Source: Polyangiales bacterium
Lineage (GTDB): Bacteria > Myxococcota_A > Polyangia > Polyangiales > Polyangiaceae
Assembly: GCA_038230375.1 (NCBI GenBank)
Contig: JBBRNJ010000004.1
Coordinates: 96,001-160,000 of the forward strand
Length of the DNA: 64,000 nt
Reading direction: 5' to 3'
Of the stretch, positions 48,057 through 56,931 are shown piece by piece (within the stretch, counting starts at the first letter, position 1; each line of letters starts with the position of its first letter). Made by a program: the position numbers and the translations under genes. Under the pieces are notes generated by a model. The model worked only from the letters and a program-made list of their open reading frames with translations. It had not been told where the DNA came from and made no database searches.

Positions 48057-49312
48057 GCGACGAGAGCGCTTTTCACGCGTTTCGACCGGTTCCGAAGACC
48101 GGAGTCATCTTCGTCACGTCGGAGGCGACGAAGCTCGGGTTCTCTTCCTCCGCACCGGACTGGTGCAACCTGGGCCAGGGCCAGCCGGAGACCGGCGAGC
48201 TGCCTGGCGCGCCGCCGCGCGTGAAGGAGATCCCGATCCACGTCGACGATCAGGAGTACGCGCCCGTCGCCGGCCTCTGGGAGCTGCGCGAGTCAATTGC
48301 TGCACTCTACAACCATCTCTATCGCAAGGGCATGCCGTCCCAGTACAGCGCGGAGAACGTGTGCATCTCCGGCGGCGGACGCGCGGCGCTCACGCGAGCT
48401 GCGGCCAGCCTGGGCCAGATCAACCTGGGGCACTTCCTTCCGGACTACACCGCGTACGAAGAGCTGCTGGACATCTTCAAGGCGTTCACCGCATTCCCGA
48501 TTTTGCTCGACGGCGACCGCGGGTACTCCTTCACCGCGGACGACCTCCGCCGCGAGGTCATGGGGCGCGGCCTCTCGGCGCTGCTGCTCTCCAATCCTGG
48601 CAACCCCACGGGCAAGCTCGTGGACGGTGAGGAGCTGTCGCGATGGGTGAGCATCGCGCGCGAGCTCGACTGCGCGCTCTTGCTCGACGAGTTCTACTCG
48701 CACTACATCTATCGTGGGCGGCCCGGGCAGCTCCCGGTGGAGAGCGCGGCGCGCTACGTGGAGGACGTCGATCGCGATCCGGTCATCGTGTTCGACGGCT
48801 TCACCAAGAACTGGCGCTACCCTGGCTGGCGCATCACGTGGGCGCTGGGCCCGAAGACGGTCATGGAGCGCTTCGCGAGCGCCGGCTCCTTCCTGGACGG
48901 CGGTGGCTCGAAGCCGCTGCAGCGCGCGGCGATCCCCATGCTCACGCCCGAGCACGTCATCGCGGAAACGAACGCGATCCAGAAGGTCTTCCGCGAGAAG
49001 CGTGACCGCATGATGTCGCGCCTGGAGCGCCTTGGCGTGCGCTTCGATCGCGTGCCCGACGGAACGTTCTATTGCTGGGGCAACGTGCAGAGCCTGCCTC
49101 CGCCCTGGAACGACGGCATGGGCTTCTTCCGCGCGGCCCTGCCGGCGAAGGTCATCACCGTGCCTGGTGAGTTCTTCGACATCAATCCAGGCAAGCGCCG
49201 GAGCGGGCGCGCGTCGCGCTTCAAGCACTACGTCCGCTTCTCGTTCGGACCGAGCATGGACGTGGTCGAGCGCGCGCTCGATCGCCTGGACGGTCTCATC
49301 GCGAAGGCTTGA
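48053..49312 (+). CDS. PLP-dependent aminotransferase class I/II
   Basis: NLGQGQP, SNPGNPTG, DEFY, GFTKNWRYPGWR and VRFSF motifs. Confidence 0.93.
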   Translation: MSDESAFHAFRPVPKTGVIFVTSEATKLGFSSSAPDWCNLGQGQPETGELPGAPPRVKEIPIHVDDQEYAPVAGLWELRESIAALYNHLYRKGMPSQYSAENVCISGGGRAALTRAAASLGQINLGHFLPDYTAYEELLDIFKAFTAFPILLDGDRGYSFTADDLRREVMGRGLSALLLSNPGNPTGKLVDGEELSRWVSIARELDCALLLDEFYSHYIYRGRPGQLPVESAARYVEDVDRDPVIVFDGFTKNWRYPGWRITWALGPKTVMERFASAGSFLDGGGSKPLQRAAIPMLTPEHVIAETNAIQKVFREKRDRMMSRLERLGVRFDRVPDGTFYCWGNVQSLPPPWNDGMGFFRAALPAKVITVPGEFFDINPGKRRSGRASRFKHYVRFSFGPSMDVVERALDRLDGLIAKA

Positions 49313-49322
49313 GAGCCGCGGC

Positions 49323-49541
49323 TCATGCCGCCGTCGAATCGTTGCGCAGGGGTGCGACACCCTCGCACCGAAAGCACGTCGAGGCCTTCTGGTGGTGGTT
49401 GTATTGCTGGGGGTTGGAGCAGCGATCACAGGGGAAGAGCACGACCACGCGCTCGCCGAATTCGTCCATCACCCGCTGAATCCGCGGCGTTTTCGGTGGG
49501 TGCGGCAACGTGTGAGGGGCCGGTGTGTTCAGTGTGTTCAT
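49323..49541 (-). CDS. Small putative Zn-ribbon protein
   Basis: 72-aa ORF filling an intergenic gap, with CDRC-x14-CFRC. Confidence 0.45.
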   Translation of the reverse strand: MNTLNTPAPHTLPHPPKTPRIQRVMDEFGERVVVLFPCDRCSNPQQYNHHQKASTCFRCEGVAPLRNDSTAA

Positions 49542-49615
49542 GCGCCCCCATCGGCCGCTCCCCGCAAGGGTTGCTACCATTTGCGAAAGTTCGCATGCAT
49601 GAGATGCTTTCTACG

Positions 49616-50314
49616 ATGAGTCCTTCTTTTCGCGCCTGGGGCGTTCTCGGGTCTGCGTTCGTCCTCAGCGCGATCTGGTTCGGCTGCGGCGCGGACGGCT
49701 CGAGCACGGCGACCGGCGACGACATCGAAGCCGGCGGTGGTGGCGGTGGCGGCGGCGACCTGCCTCCCGACGAAGACGCCGGCATTGTCTACCTGGACGC
49801 GGGCCTCGGCGGCGGCGGCGGCGACACGGACGGCGGGCGCGGGGGCGTTGGCACGGATGGCGGCGGCGGGAGCGGCCTGATGTGCAAGGACACGAACGAC
49901 GTCGGCAACACGAACGCCCTGGCCAAGGTGCTCCCCGGCATCACCGACAACGACTCGGACGCCGCGAGCGTGAGCAGCATCATCGACGGCGCGCTCGACA
50001 TCGACATGTTCTCGCTGGCCGGCGCGGACACGTCGTTCCACGTGATCAACGCGACCATCGCCACGCCCACGGCGGAGGTCGAGGTCTGCATGTTCGCCAA
50101 GTGTCAGAAGGGCGTGATGAACTTCATGGGCTGCTCGGGCGGCATTCAGACCAAGAACGACATCGCCATGGATGGCTGCTGCCTGACGGCACCGGGCACG
50201 GCCGTGCTCAATCACAACTGCACCGGCACCACCGACGACTCGCTCAACACGTTCATTCGCGTGAAGGGCCTGAAGAACGTCTGCATCCCGTACTCGGTCA
50301 ACTACCATTTCTGA
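49616..50314 (+). CDS. Cys-rich lipoprotein
   Basis: Lipobox IWFGC, Gly-rich linker, C-terminal beta domain ending YSVNYHF. Confidence 0.75.
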   Translation: MSPSFRAWGVLGSAFVLSAIWFGCGADGSSTATGDDIEAGGGGGGGGDLPPDEDAGIVYLDAGLGGGGGDTDGGRGGVGTDGGGGSGLMCKDTNDVGNTNALAKVLPGITDNDSDAASVSSIIDGALDIDMFSLAGADTSFHVINATIATPTAEVEVCMFAKCQKGVMNFMGCSGGIQTKNDIAMDGCCLTAPGTAVLNHNCTGTTDDSLNTFIRVKGLKNVCIPYSVNYHF

Positions 50315-50388
50315 TTCGATGCGGCGTGTCTCGCTCTTGCTTGGATCGACAGCCACGTGTCAGTAGTGGTCGTGAGCACGCGTGTGGT

Positions 50389-52284
50389 TCACCCCAGCTG
50401 GCGTAGACCGGCGTCGCGCCCCGTCGCTCGGCGTGTTGCGATGAGCCAGGCCTCCAGGCGCTCGCGCTTCACCTGACCTCGATCAAGGATCGCCTGCTCG
50501 TCCTTCGTGAGGTCGCGCACGGTGCGGCCGCTCACGCAGAGGTCCGCGAGGATGTCGGCGAAGATGATGTGCTTCACGGCCTTGCCTTCCTCCGCCACGT
50601 CCGCGTGGTGAAGGGCACACGCCATGCGGATCTCCTCCGGCAGGTTCCAGGACGCGGCCAGTCCTGCGCCGGCATCTGCGTGATGCGCCTTCACCAGCGA
50701 GCGTGCTTGCTCCTCGCGGATCGGGCCAGGCAGGAGCGAAAGAATGCGATAGATGCGCGCCTCTCCCACGTCATGCAGGAGGCCGGCGAGATAGCTGTAT
50801 TCTACACCGAACGACAGCTCGCGCGCGACGATGCGGCACGCATGCGCGCACACCACGCTGCGATCGAACGAGCGCGTGACCTCCAGCCGGAAGCGCGTGA
50901 GCCCACGGCGCGCGGACTCGTACACGACCTGGAAGAGCAGGTCGCGCGTGGCAGAGAGGCCCAGCGTGACGACGGCACCGAGCGTGGTGGTGACGCGCTC
51001 TGCCCGCGCGTAGTAGGCGGAGTTCGAGGCCGCAAGGAAGCGCGCTGCGATGGGCGGGTCCTTCTCCACCATGCTCGCGATGCGTGCCAGATCCACGGTG
51101 GGGTCGCTGCCGAGCGAGAGCGCACGCTCGGCCGCCTCTGGCAACACAGGCAGCCAGGACTTGCCGTTCTCGAGCTGGGCGAGCAGCTCCGCCTCGGTCG
51201 CCGAGTCGGAACCGCCGAGGCTCGCGCCGGGAGAGCGAAGCAGGAGATCGCCGGGGGCCCTGGGTGCGCCGAGCGCGCCGGGGCTCTCCACGTCGCTGTC
51301 GCGACGGAGCGGGATCACATTGGCGGGGACGAACGGCGGCGCGGTGCCCACGCGATTTCGTCCATTGCGCTTCGCGCCTTCGAGCGCGAGATCCGCGCGG
51401 CGTTCAATCGCGGTCGCGTTGGGGTCGGGGCGCTCGGGGACGAAGCTTGCCACGCCGATGCTGATGGTGATCTTCCGACCCTTGAGCTCCGGGATGGCAA
51501 GCGCACAGATGCCCGCGCGGTGTCGCTCCGCCACCATCTGCGCCACCTCCAGGCTGGCCAGCGGAAGCAGCACGGCGAACTTCTCGCCCGCCCAGCGTCC
51601 GCACAGGTCTGCGCCTCGCACCTGCGCGCGTAGATGATTGGCAACGGCCTTGAGCGCAACGTCGCCCACGGTCATGCCCAGGTCCTCGTTGATCGACTTC
51701 CAGTGATCGAGATCAAGAAACAAGAGAGAAAATGGCTCCGCCTGACCCACGTAGCGATCCAGCCCCATGGCGATCGACTGCCTGGAGTGTGTGCCCGTGA
51801 GTGGGTCCGTGAGCGAGCTCTTCAGCCGGTCGCGCTCCTTGCGCACGCGGGCAAGAGCATCGACGCCGCGCTTGTTGCGCAGCTGCACCTTCACGCGCGC
51901 GGAGACCTCACGAAGCCTTCGCGCGTCCACCACGTCGTCAGCGCCGTTGCCGAGCGAGACCGCGGTACGCCCTTCGTCCACCACTCCATCACGGGCGATG
52001 AGCACGCATGCGCGGCTCTCGGGCGGGGCCTGCGTGAGCTCCAGGCAGACCTGCGGCGTGAGCCCGTCATCCATGTCCAGGATGATGACGTCGGGCACCG
52101 TCTCCGCGGCCACGCTGTAGACCTGATCGAACTCGGCGCTCGGGAACACGTCGTGTCCGTCGGCGGCGAGCGCGTCGCACACGGCGTCCCGTGCGCGCTT
52201 CTTACCGAGCATCACCAGGATGCGCGCGCGGCGGTTCTCCTCTGGTGGGCGCGAGGAGTAGGCGGGGGGTTCGACGGCAGCCAT
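50389..52284 (-). CDS. REC-GGDEF-HDOD signalling protein (atypical REC, degenerate GGDEF)
   Basis: PDVIILD (REC); DPLTG, DLDHWKSIN and RGAD...RWAGEKF (GGDEF); LPVLP, DPPIAARFL..SNSAYY, GLLHDVG and WNLP (HDOD). Confidence 0.88.
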   Translation of the reverse strand: MAAVEPPAYSSRPPEENRRARILVMLGKKRARDAVCDALAADGHDVFPSAEFDQVYSVAAETVPDVIILDMDDGLTPQVCLELTQAPPESRACVLIARDGVVDEGRTAVSLGNGADDVVDARRLREVSARVKVQLRNKRGVDALARVRKERDRLKSSLTDPLTGTHSRQSIAMGLDRYVGQAEPFSLLFLDLDHWKSINEDLGMTVGDVALKAVANHLRAQVRGADLCGRWAGEKFAVLLPLASLEVAQMVAERHRAGICALAIPELKGRKITISIGVASFVPERPDPNATAIERRADLALEGAKRNGRNRVGTAPPFVPANVIPLRRDSDVESPGALGAPRAPGDLLLRSPGASLGGSDSATEAELLAQLENGKSWLPVLPEAAERALSLGSDPTVDLARIASMVEKDPPIAARFLAASNSAYYARAERVTTTLGAVVTLGLSATRDLLFQVVYESARRGLTRFRLEVTRSFDRSVVCAHACRIVARELSFGVEYSYLAGLLHDVGEARIYRILSLLPGPIREEQARSLVKAHHADAGAGLAASWNLPEEIRMACALHHADVAEEGKAVKHIIFADILADLCVSGRTVRDLTKDEQAILDRGQVKRERLEAWLIATRRATGRDAGLRQLG

Positions 52285-52300
52285 CAGTGAGCTCGCGCCA

Positions 52301-52792
52301 TCACCCGTTGCTGACCAGCGCGAGCGGCGTCTCTTCTTCGGCGGTCGCCTGGTCCATCGCGGGCGCTGGCGTGGAGACCTGGGGCGAGGTCTGGTGCCGA
52401 AGCACGAACGGTATCGTTTGCCCGCCGAGCGCGATGATCTGCTGCCCTTCGCGCGTCTTCACGTTCACCACGAGCGGCGCCAGCATGTTGACGGTCGGGC
52501 CCATCGGTCCATTGGCGTTGAGTACCGCCATCACGGAGTGGGTCTCCGCGGAGAAGCCGGCGCCCTCGAGGCTGTCGTACGAGAAGTCGCACTCGACCGA
52601 TTCGATGGAAACCACCGGGAGCGAGAGCCACGGAGACTTCGTCGACTGGAGCCAGCCGATCGGCGATTCGGGCCTGTGGCGCACAAGAACGAAGCTGTGC
52701 TCGTCGAAGAAGCCGATCAGTCCTTCGGGGAACGTGATCTCGTCCGCATCGTCGATTTCCATCGTCCCCAAGCGTCGACTCTCGATCTTCAT
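52301..52792 (-). CDS. fliW: FliW-family protein (CsrA antagonist/flagellar assembly factor)
   Basis: ITFPEGLIGF, WLQS and TVNMLAPLVVN...GQQII; GGAG RBS. Confidence 0.88.
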   Translation of the reverse strand: MKIESRRLGTMEIDDADEITFPEGLIGFFDEHSFVLVRHRPESPIGWLQSTKSPWLSLPVVSIESVECDFSYDSLEGAGFSAETHSVMAVLNANGPMGPTVNMLAPLVVNVKTREGQQIIALGGQTIPFVLRHQTSPQVSTPAPAMDQATAEEETPLALVSNG

Positions 52793-52919
52793 GACGTCCT
52801 ATCTCCTTTTGCGCGACACGCTCCCGTGGGAGGCGGCGACGCAGCAGGACAAGGAGCACGAGTCGGGCCAATTTTCGGAAGGCCACAGAGATGTTCACGC
52901 GTGCAGTGGCGGAACGCCT

Positions 52920-53171
52920 CTACTTCACGATGCGCACGACAGGGCGCGGAGCCAGCTCGATTTCATCCGCGAGCTTCTTCAGACGCGCGCAGGCAAAGAG
53001 GATGTCGTGGATGGCAACGCCCACGTCCTCGGGCGGACGCTCGCCAATCCACTCGGCGTTCGCGCAGATGATGCTGAGGATGTTCTTCACCTCGTGCCGG
53101 AAGAGCACCGTAGGTGGAAGGCTGTCGCGCTTGGGTTCGGCGGAGGGCGGAATGGATCGAACGGCTCCCAT
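52920..53171 (-). CDS. Stand-alone HisKA/DHp-like protein
   Basis: H-box-like RHEVKNILSIICANAE plus a second helix ACARLKKLADEI; 83 aa; no HATPase domain. Confidence 0.6.
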   Translation of the reverse strand: MGAVRSIPPSAEPKRDSLPPTVLFRHEVKNILSIICANAEWIGERPPEDVGVAIHDILFACARLKKLADEIELAPRPVVRIVK

Positions 53172-53271
53172 GATGAAAGGAGAACGGCCGTCCACCGCGG
53201 CCCTTGAGCACGTCTTTCCCTGTCTTGACGATCCCTGGATGAAACGCGAGCGGACCGGCCATCCTTTCTGC

Positions 53272-53907
53272 ATGACCACCCGCCATGGGCTCCTGGTAGC
53301 CAGCTGCATCTTCTTCATCGCATGCGGCGGAAGGATTGCCCCCGAGCGCGGAGATGGCGACACGGAAGCCACCGACACGCAAGCTCCCGAGCCCGTGACG
53401 CCCGAGCCGGCTGCAAAGAGCGCGTCGACCGCGGTTCCCACGCCCGCCCAGTATTGCGACGCGCTGCGCGAGAACGCCTGCAATGGCTCGATGGTGTCGG
53501 ACGCGTCGTGCGCCGACAGCTACGCGGCTGCGAGCGACGCCTATCGCGCGGCGCTGGTGGACTGCGTGCAGGGAGGTGAGGTGGACTGCAACGCATATCC
53601 CGGCACGTGTGAGGTCGGAAAACTTGCGGCCGCCACCCCGACGGCGGCGCAACGAGCGCTGGCAGAAGCGTTCTGTCACGCGTGCGTGGCTGACGAACCC
53701 GCTTCGGATTGCGTGGACGTGACGCTTCGAAACGTTGGGCTGGGCGAGACCATCGGCGTGGCGATCCTGGTGCTGAGTGATTCCGGCGCGGTGGACGGTC
53801 TGAGCTGCGCGCCCGATACGCGCGCAATGAACCAGCCCACGCCGTTCCTCTGTGAGGGCGAGTTCATCAACTGCCTCGCGAAGTATCGGCCCATCGTCGG
53901 CCAGTGA
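53272..53907 (+). CDS. Cys-rich lipoprotein
   Basis: Lipobox FFIAC, Pro/Thr linker, about 10 Cys in a helical domain. Confidence 0.7.
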   Translation: MTTRHGLLVASCIFFIACGGRIAPERGDGDTEATDTQAPEPVTPEPAAKSASTAVPTPAQYCDALRENACNGSMVSDASCADSYAAASDAYRAALVDCVQGGEVDCNAYPGTCEVGKLAAATPTAAQRALAEAFCHACVADEPASDCVDVTLRNVGLGETIGVAILVLSDSGAVDGLSCAPDTRAMNQPTPFLCEGEFINCLAKYRPIVGQ

Positions 53908-53910
53908 GCA

Positions 53911-54534
53911 TCACCAGAGCGAGAAGCGCGTCGAGAGCTGTGCGCGCGGACCTTTCAGGTGATCGATGTCCATGAACGGAAAGTGGTAGCCGCCCTCCGC
54001 GTCCACCATCAGGTTGTGATGCCAGTAGAGGTGCACGCCGCCCAGCGCGTAGGCGTAGGAAGAGGTCCCGAGCTCGCTCTGCGTGAGCCCGCCAACGGTG
54101 CCGCCAAAATAGGGTATGAGCCACCGGCGGCTGGAGTTGCGCTCGAGCGACGCGGTCGCGCCCAGCTCGAAGAGCGCCATGGTGCCATTCGAATCCGGCG
54201 ACTTCAGCAGCGACACCTGCGCGATGGTCGACACCTGGCTCGGCCCGAAGTGATCGTTGTTGTGCGAGAACTGGTAGGGCGCGAACTGCACGCCGCCGCC
54301 AACGAAGAAGCCCTTGCCCGCGGTGGGATGGAAGAAGACCGCTTGCCCGCCGGGCATCAGGAAGATGTCGCGCTCGATGCAGTCCTCCTCCGGCTGGCCG
54401 TTGTGTTGAGCGTCGTGGTTCTTCGGATCGGTGGTCTTCGTTCCGTCGCTGCATCGCTCTGCGTGGGCGAGCGCCGGAAACATCGTGAGCGACGTGACTG
54501 TCAGCAGACCTGTTCCGAGGGTGAGTCTTTTCAT
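53911..54534 (-). CDS. Small outer-membrane beta-barrel protein
   Basis: Signal peptide ending AHA; alternating beta strands; C-terminal RFSLW. Confidence 0.7.
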   Translation of the reverse strand: MKRLTLGTGLLTVTSLTMFPALAHAERCSDGTKTTDPKNHDAQHNGQPEEDCIERDIFLMPGGQAVFFHPTAGKGFFVGGGVQFAPYQFSHNNDHFGPSQVSTIAQVSLLKSPDSNGTMALFELGATASLERNSSRRWLIPYFGGTVGGLTQSELGTSSYAYALGGVHLYWHHNLMVDAEGGYHFPFMDIDHLKGPRAQLSTRFSLW

Positions 54535-54736
54535 GCGAAGGCCCGGTCGCAAGCGACATGCCGCGCCGTTCGAGCCAAATTTCCGTGGAATCTTGCGGTC
54601 TGTAAATTCTGTAAAATGAGAACGTTCGTTCGCATGCGTCGCGTCCCTCGCGCTTTTCGCTTCGCAGTCCTCATCGCGGCTGCGGCTTCGAACTGACGCA
54701 CCGGACGGCTCGAAAGCCCGTACACTCGCGGCGCCG

Positions 54737-56278
54737 ATGTCCGCACCTCCCGAGATAACGCTCCACCCGCGCAAGAAGAGCGAGCGCGAGCACGACCACT
54801 CGCTGGTCGACGTGGACCTGGACGCGACCCAGCGCGAGATCGTCATGCTGCCGAGCGGGCGCTCCACGCTGGTGCTCGGTGAAGCGGGCCATGGCAAGAC
54901 CACCGTCGCGCTGCATCGTCTCGCATTTCTCTGCAAGGGCGCGAAGCGGGGGTACAAGGCAGTGGTGGTGGTGCCCACCGAGGCGCTCGTCGCGCTGCTC
55001 GAACCGCTCACGGTGAAGCTGGGTGTGGACGTGCCGGTGCTCACGTTCGATCGCTTCGCGGCAAAGCAGGCACGCCGTGCCTTCAAGGATCTCCCCAGGA
55101 AGGAGAGTCGCGATGCAAGCGCCGCCGTGGTGCGGCTGAAGCGCGACCCTGCGCTGCGCGTTGCGATCGCGGAGCTGGCCAAGCGCCCGCCCGGCGCCGT
55201 GGACGACGAGCGCGAGGACGAGGAGGGAGCGTTCGAGGCCGGACGGCGCAAGAAGCGAGAGGGCTCCAACGCCCATGCGCACTACGGCGATCTGCAGCAC
55301 CTCTTCGGTGATCGTGCGCTGATCGATGCAGTGGCGCGCGCATCCACGAACCCCTACTCGGCTGCAGCGAAGGCAGACGTCATCGAACACACGCGCGTCC
55401 AGTTCTCCCAGACCACGGAGGAAGAGTTCTCGCACGTGATGGACAAGGAGCGCCTCGTGTCCGTGGACCAACAGTCGCTCGACGCCGGCACGCCGCTGGG
55501 CGATGCGCGCTCGGTCGACGTCGAGGACTACCCCGTGATGTTCGAGCTCGACCGCCTGCGAGCAGAGCGCGTGGGTGAGGCCCCCGAGACGCCAAAGCCG
55601 TTCGACTGCATCGTGATGGATGAGGCGCAGGAGCTGGCGCCGCTGGAGCTGGCACTCCTTGGACGCAGCTTGAAGCCTGGTGGAACGTTGGTCGTGGCTG
55701 GCGACGCGGACCAGCAGGTCGATCCGGCCGTGACGTTCACCAGCTGGGAAGACACCATGCGCGAGCTGTCGTGCGCGGACTTCGAGCGCAAGGTGCTCTC
55801 CATTGGCTACCGCTGCCCGCCGCGCGTGGTCGCGCTCGCGAAGCACGCGCTCTCCTCCGCCTCGAAGGCGCCGAAGGACGTGATGGTGCTTGCGTTCGCC
55901 GATCTCGATGCGCAGGCAGAGAGCCTGAGCCTGGCGATGGACGCCCTTGCCGAGAAGGATCCGCGCGCGAATGGCGCCCTGATCCTGCGGACGCCGCTGG
56001 CGGCGCGCAGGCTTGCGGACAAGATCAAGAAGGAGCACCCGTGTCGCCTGGTGCTCGACGGCGCGTTCCTGCCAGGTCCCGGCTTCTCCGTGACGTGGGT
56101 CGGCAACGTGAAGGGCCTGGAGTTCGACTTCGTCGTGGTCCCCGATCTGTCGGCGCACGTGTACCCCGACACCGTGGATGCGCGGCGCGCTTTGTACGTG
56201 GCAGTGACACGCGCGAAGCACCAGGTGGTGCTCGCCTGCGTGGGCCCGCGCTCACCGATCATCCAGACCTCCCCGTAG
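54737..56278 (+). CDS. UvrD/HelD-like superfamily 1 helicase/ATPase
   Basis: GEAGHGKT, DEAQ, GDADQQ, YRCP, KGLEFD and LYVAVTRAK motifs. Confidence 0.88.
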   Translation: MSAPPEITLHPRKKSEREHDHSLVDVDLDATQREIVMLPSGRSTLVLGEAGHGKTTVALHRLAFLCKGAKRGYKAVVVVPTEALVALLEPLTVKLGVDVPVLTFDRFAAKQARRAFKDLPRKESRDASAAVVRLKRDPALRVAIAELAKRPPGAVDDEREDEEGAFEAGRRKKREGSNAHAHYGDLQHLFGDRALIDAVARASTNPYSAAAKADVIEHTRVQFSQTTEEEFSHVMDKERLVSVDQQSLDAGTPLGDARSVDVEDYPVMFELDRLRAERVGEAPETPKPFDCIVMDEAQELAPLELALLGRSLKPGGTLVVAGDADQQVDPAVTFTSWEDTMRELSCADFERKVLSIGYRCPPRVVALAKHALSSASKAPKDVMVLAFADLDAQAESLSLAMDALAEKDPRANGALILRTPLAARRLADKIKKEHPCRLVLDGAFLPGPGFSVTWVGNVKGLEFDFVVVPDLSAHVYPDTVDARRALYVAVTRAKHQVVLACVGPRSPIIQTSP

Positions 56279-56305
56279 CGTTTGAGCGTAGAGTTGGGGG
56301 CGACG

Positions 56306-56887
56306 ATGGAGAAGAAGGAACTTCCACCGGTAAGCGAGCGACGTGACGAGACGCCGCCGCCCATGGACCTGGTCTACGGAGCCGAGACGGGCGGGGGCAC
56401 GAAGCCGTCGATGGCGATCTTCCAGCTCTTTGCCGTGCCGCTCGTCGTCGCGGCGATCATGTCAGCTGCGATCTCTCCGAACGCGGGCCTGGGTGGGCTC
56501 ATCGGCTCCGCGATCATCCTCGTCTACCTCTGGAAACGGAAGAAGACGCCAGACACCGTACTGCGCGTGGAGTCGGGCGCCGTGCACGTGCTGAAGCGCG
56601 GCAAGGAAAGGGCGCGCTTCTCTCTCACGGAGCTCACGAACGTGCGCCTGGACATCAAGACCATCCAGAGAGTGCAAGAGGGCGGCAGCGCCATCCCGGC
56701 AATGCGCTTCATCGACAGTACGGTGGGCCCCGACCTCGACACCGCGCGAATCGTGCTGATCACGGGAGAGGGAAAAGAGCTCCCACTGACGGAGGACTTC
56801 CTCTCGCACATGGACTCGTCGGAGTGGCTAGGAAAAATCCGCCTCTTCCTGCGCAAGCACGGCTGGGTCCCCGCGGACGAACGCTAG
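56306..56887 (+). CDS. Hypothetical membrane protein (2 TM plus soluble domain)
   Basis: Two hydrophobic segments followed by a beta-rich domain; high GC3. Confidence 0.7.
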   Translation: MEKKELPPVSERRDETPPPMDLVYGAETGGGTKPSMAIFQLFAVPLVVAAIMSAAISPNAGLGGLIGSAIILVYLWKRKKTPDTVLRVESGAVHVLKRGKERARFSLTELTNVRLDIKTIQRVQEGGSAIPAMRFIDSTVGPDLDTARIVLITGEGKELPLTEDFLSHMDSSEWLGKIRLFLRKHGWVPADER

Positions 56888-56892
56888 CTCCC

Positions 56893-56920
56893 CCCGTGCC
56901 CGTGCCCGTGCCCGTGCCCG
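56893..56920. repeat. (CCCGTG)4 hexamer repeat between convergent genes
   Basis: Read directly. Confidence 0.8.
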
Positions 56921-56931
56921 CCCCTCGCAGT

